Of a DNA stretch of 53,313 nt, positions 52,701 through 53,313 are shown piece by piece. The DNA is taken from assembly GCA_903847905.1 (NCBI GenBank), contig CAINEZ010000350.1:1-53313 (forward strand), written 5' to 3'. Under the pieces are notes generated by a model, which had not been told where the DNA came from, ran no database searches, and was given only the letters and a program-made list of their open reading frames with translations. The position numbers were made by a program, and so were the translations under genes. How positions within the stretch are numbered: the stretch's first letter is position 1; the number at the start of each line of letters is the position of its first letter. The stretch comes from an uncultured Bacteroidota bacterium (GTDB lineage: Bacteria > Bacteroidota > Bacteroidia > Bacteroidales > CG2-30-32-10).

Positions 52701-53313
52701 GGTATAACTAATGGTGAAGCAATACCATATCCTGAAGAACTATTACATCCTGTTCCATTGGAACTTAAAGTTTGAGTAACTGAATAAGTTCCTGCTGTTG
52801 TAACCATAATAGATGAAGTGGTTGCTCCGGTGCTCCATAGTAAAACTCCTGTAGCTGTTGTTGACAATACAGAGTAGCCACAGTTATTGACTACGGTTAC
52901 AACAGGTGCTGATGGTATTGCTAACGGTGCTGCTATACCTGAGCCTGAAGCGCTGGTGCATCCGCCTAATGTTCTGGTTACCGTATATGTTCCGGCTGTA
53001 GTAACAGTGATAGACGAAGTCGTAGCTCCTGTGCTCCACAACAAAGACCCTGAAGCCGTTGTTGATAATACAGAGTAGCCACAGTTATTGACTACGGTTA
53101 CAACAGGTGCCGATGGTATTGATAAAGGTGCTGCTATCCCTGAGCCTGAAGCGCTGGTGCATCCGCCTAAAGTTCTGGTAACGGTATATGTTCCGGCTGT
53201 AGTAATAGTGATAGACGAAGTCGTAGCTCCTGTGCTCCATAACAATGATCCTGTAGCTGTTGTTGATAATACAGAGTAGCCACAGTTATTGACTACGGTT
53301 ACAACAGGTGCCG
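49745..53313 (-). CDS. large T9SS-secreted repeat adhesin (SprB repeats plus LLWSTGATT-type repeats plus C-terminal sorting domain); 5' end off the window
   Basis: The frame is open to the window edge; the track's M at 53245 is a TTG Leu codon inside a repeat. There are at least 8 copies of a 67-aa unit (VVTVVNNCGxSVLSTTATGSLLWSTGATTSSITVTTAGTYTVTRTxGGCTSxSGSGIAAPLxIPSAP). SprB-type repeats follow (NVNCFG..SGSATV.ASGGT.PYTY.W). The C-terminal T9SS type-A sorting domain is INPNPSNGIFHL...GMYFLRVISKNYSHVEKIIIN. Confidence 0.85.
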   Translation of the reverse strand, partial: APVVTVVNNCGYSVLSTTATGSLLWSTGATTSSITITTAGTYTVTRTLGGCTSASGSGIAAPLSIPSAPVVTVVNNCGYSVLSTTASGSLLWSTGATTSSITVTTAGTYTVTRTLGGCTSASGSGIAAPLAIPSAPVVTVVNNCGYSVLSTTATGVLLWSTGATTSSIMVTTAGTYSVTQTLSSNGTGCNSSSGYGIASPLVIPSAPVVTVVNNCGNSVLSTTATGSLLWSTGATTSSITVTAAGTYTVTRTVGGCTSPSGSGIAAPLSTPSAPVVTVVNNCGNSVLSTTSTGSLLWSTGATTSSITVTTAGTYSVTRTVGGCTSTSGSGIAAPLAIPSAPVVTVVNSCGYSILSTTATGSLLWSTGATTPSINVTTAGTYTVTNTSGGCSNSASVTITQPAAVLSSAISSQTNVNCFGLSSGSATVTASNGTLPYTYLWNTVPSQTSPTATGLASGSYSVTITDHAGCTSSASVTITQPATVLSSTISSQNNVNCFGQLTGSASVLASGGTAPYTYSWNTSPVQHTSSVSGLSAGTYSVIVTDYKGCTSMTSATITQPSLALSISNTFIDVTTSGGSNGSITLTVTGGTSPYSYLWSNGATTQNLVNIPAGVYSVVVTDAHGCSILSNEILISQPYACSGFRTETQGGWGTVCHGTNPGCYRDAHFASAFPSGLTIGCINHLTLTSAAAVEAFLPSGTTPSALPAGTLTNPGSTYSNVLAGQLVAATLNVGFDSTDANFAPSSGSLGHLIVTSGTFSGWSVNSLLAEANRAIGGCGSAYSYSALTTALDNINQNYDDGLVNGNFLSCSISLSISGVNTPCNGTSSGSATVIASDGQSPYTYHWSNGGTSSSVSGLSAGTYSVTVTDAHGISAIASITITQPPTPSTPVVTVVNNCGNSVLSTTATGSLLWSTGATTSSITVTVAGTYTVTQTVGQCTSLPGSGVTDPHIIPPGTTTPPVVTVVNNCGNSILSTTATGSLLWSTGATTSSITVTAGGTYSVTRTIGGTSSIPAYGFAEPKTLPVVDLGNDTYVCAKQSVLLDAGNSDASYLWTPGGQTSQSILLDSSGLSIGTHLISVLVTSPNSCSVSDSILVTFDQCASISEVNDNILFNINPNPSNGIFHLAINGLYETANLNIINMSGKIVYSDILNNEGFVNKSIDLGYIPKGMYFLRVISKNYSHVEKIIIN
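52040..53313. repeat. near-identical 201-bp tandem repeats inside the adhesin gene (at least 6 copies, continuing off-window)
   Basis: The spurious + strand ORFs at 52887 and 53088 are 201 nt apart and almost identical. The protein units of 67 aa repeat head to tail. Two more diverged copies lie at about 50280-50700. Confidence 0.85.

Noticed and set aside
52116-53279. Plus-strand ORFs 52116..52775, 52887..53078 and 53088..53279
   Set aside because: These are mirror-frame ORFs antisense to the adhesin repeats. They are near-identical to each other only because the 201-bp DNA unit repeats. The minus-strand frame carries recognisable SprB and T9SS domains.

Overview
This is an AT-rich accessory region of a Bacteroidota-type chromosome (composition judged by eye, not computed). 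The phylum call rests on a T9SS C-terminal sorting domain, SprB repeats, a GldM-like protein, Fib_succ paralogues and a Bacteroidetes-style tyrosine integrase. I call about 45 CDS, no rRNA, no intact tRNA and no CRISPR.

Layout:
- (1) 2-7167: a tight + strand operon, open at the left edge. It encodes a coiled-coil protein, two vWA proteins, a small membrane protein, a non-canonical tubulin/FtsZ-like GTPase (GGTGSG) and a membrane-anchored trypsin-like protease.
- (2) 8.0-16.5 kb: monocistronic genes for small membrane, lipoprotein and repeat (KWG, MORN) proteins.
- (3) 16.6-25.6 kb: a run of membrane proteins carrying cytoplasmic CxxC-N(10-13)-CxxC zinc ribbons. One is a zinc-ribbon/GldM-like fusion, and the run also contains an M23 peptidase.
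- (4) 25.7-33.2 kb: a six-gene operon. It encodes an SPFH/Band-7 protein with four zinc ribbons, a 4-TM protein, an 803-aa coiled-coil protein with three zinc ribbons, two tandem paralogues and a beta-helical bactofilin-like protein. No enzyme or NTPase motif is visible.
- (5) 33.2-38.1 kb: minus-strand envelope genes.
- (6) 38.8-49.4 kb: a segment bracketed by two degenerate 20-21 bp periodic arrays. It holds an MBOAT/SGNH/LysM O-acetylation cassette, a tyrosine integrase and an orphan tRNA 3' fragment.
- (7) 49.7-53.3 kb: a large T9SS adhesin gene, open at the right edge, with near-identical 201-bp tandem repeats.

The most unusual non-coding signal is a conserved 55-90 nt element present in 10 copies. 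Every copy lies in gene orientation, 15-34 nt upstream of a start codon. It has a hairpin showing compensatory changes and an optional second hairpin of variable sequence.

The best candidates for an undescribed system are the tubulin-like/vWA/protease operon and the zinc-ribbon plus SPFH/coiled-coil/bactofilin-like supercluster. All family assignments come from motifs read by eye; no database search was run.
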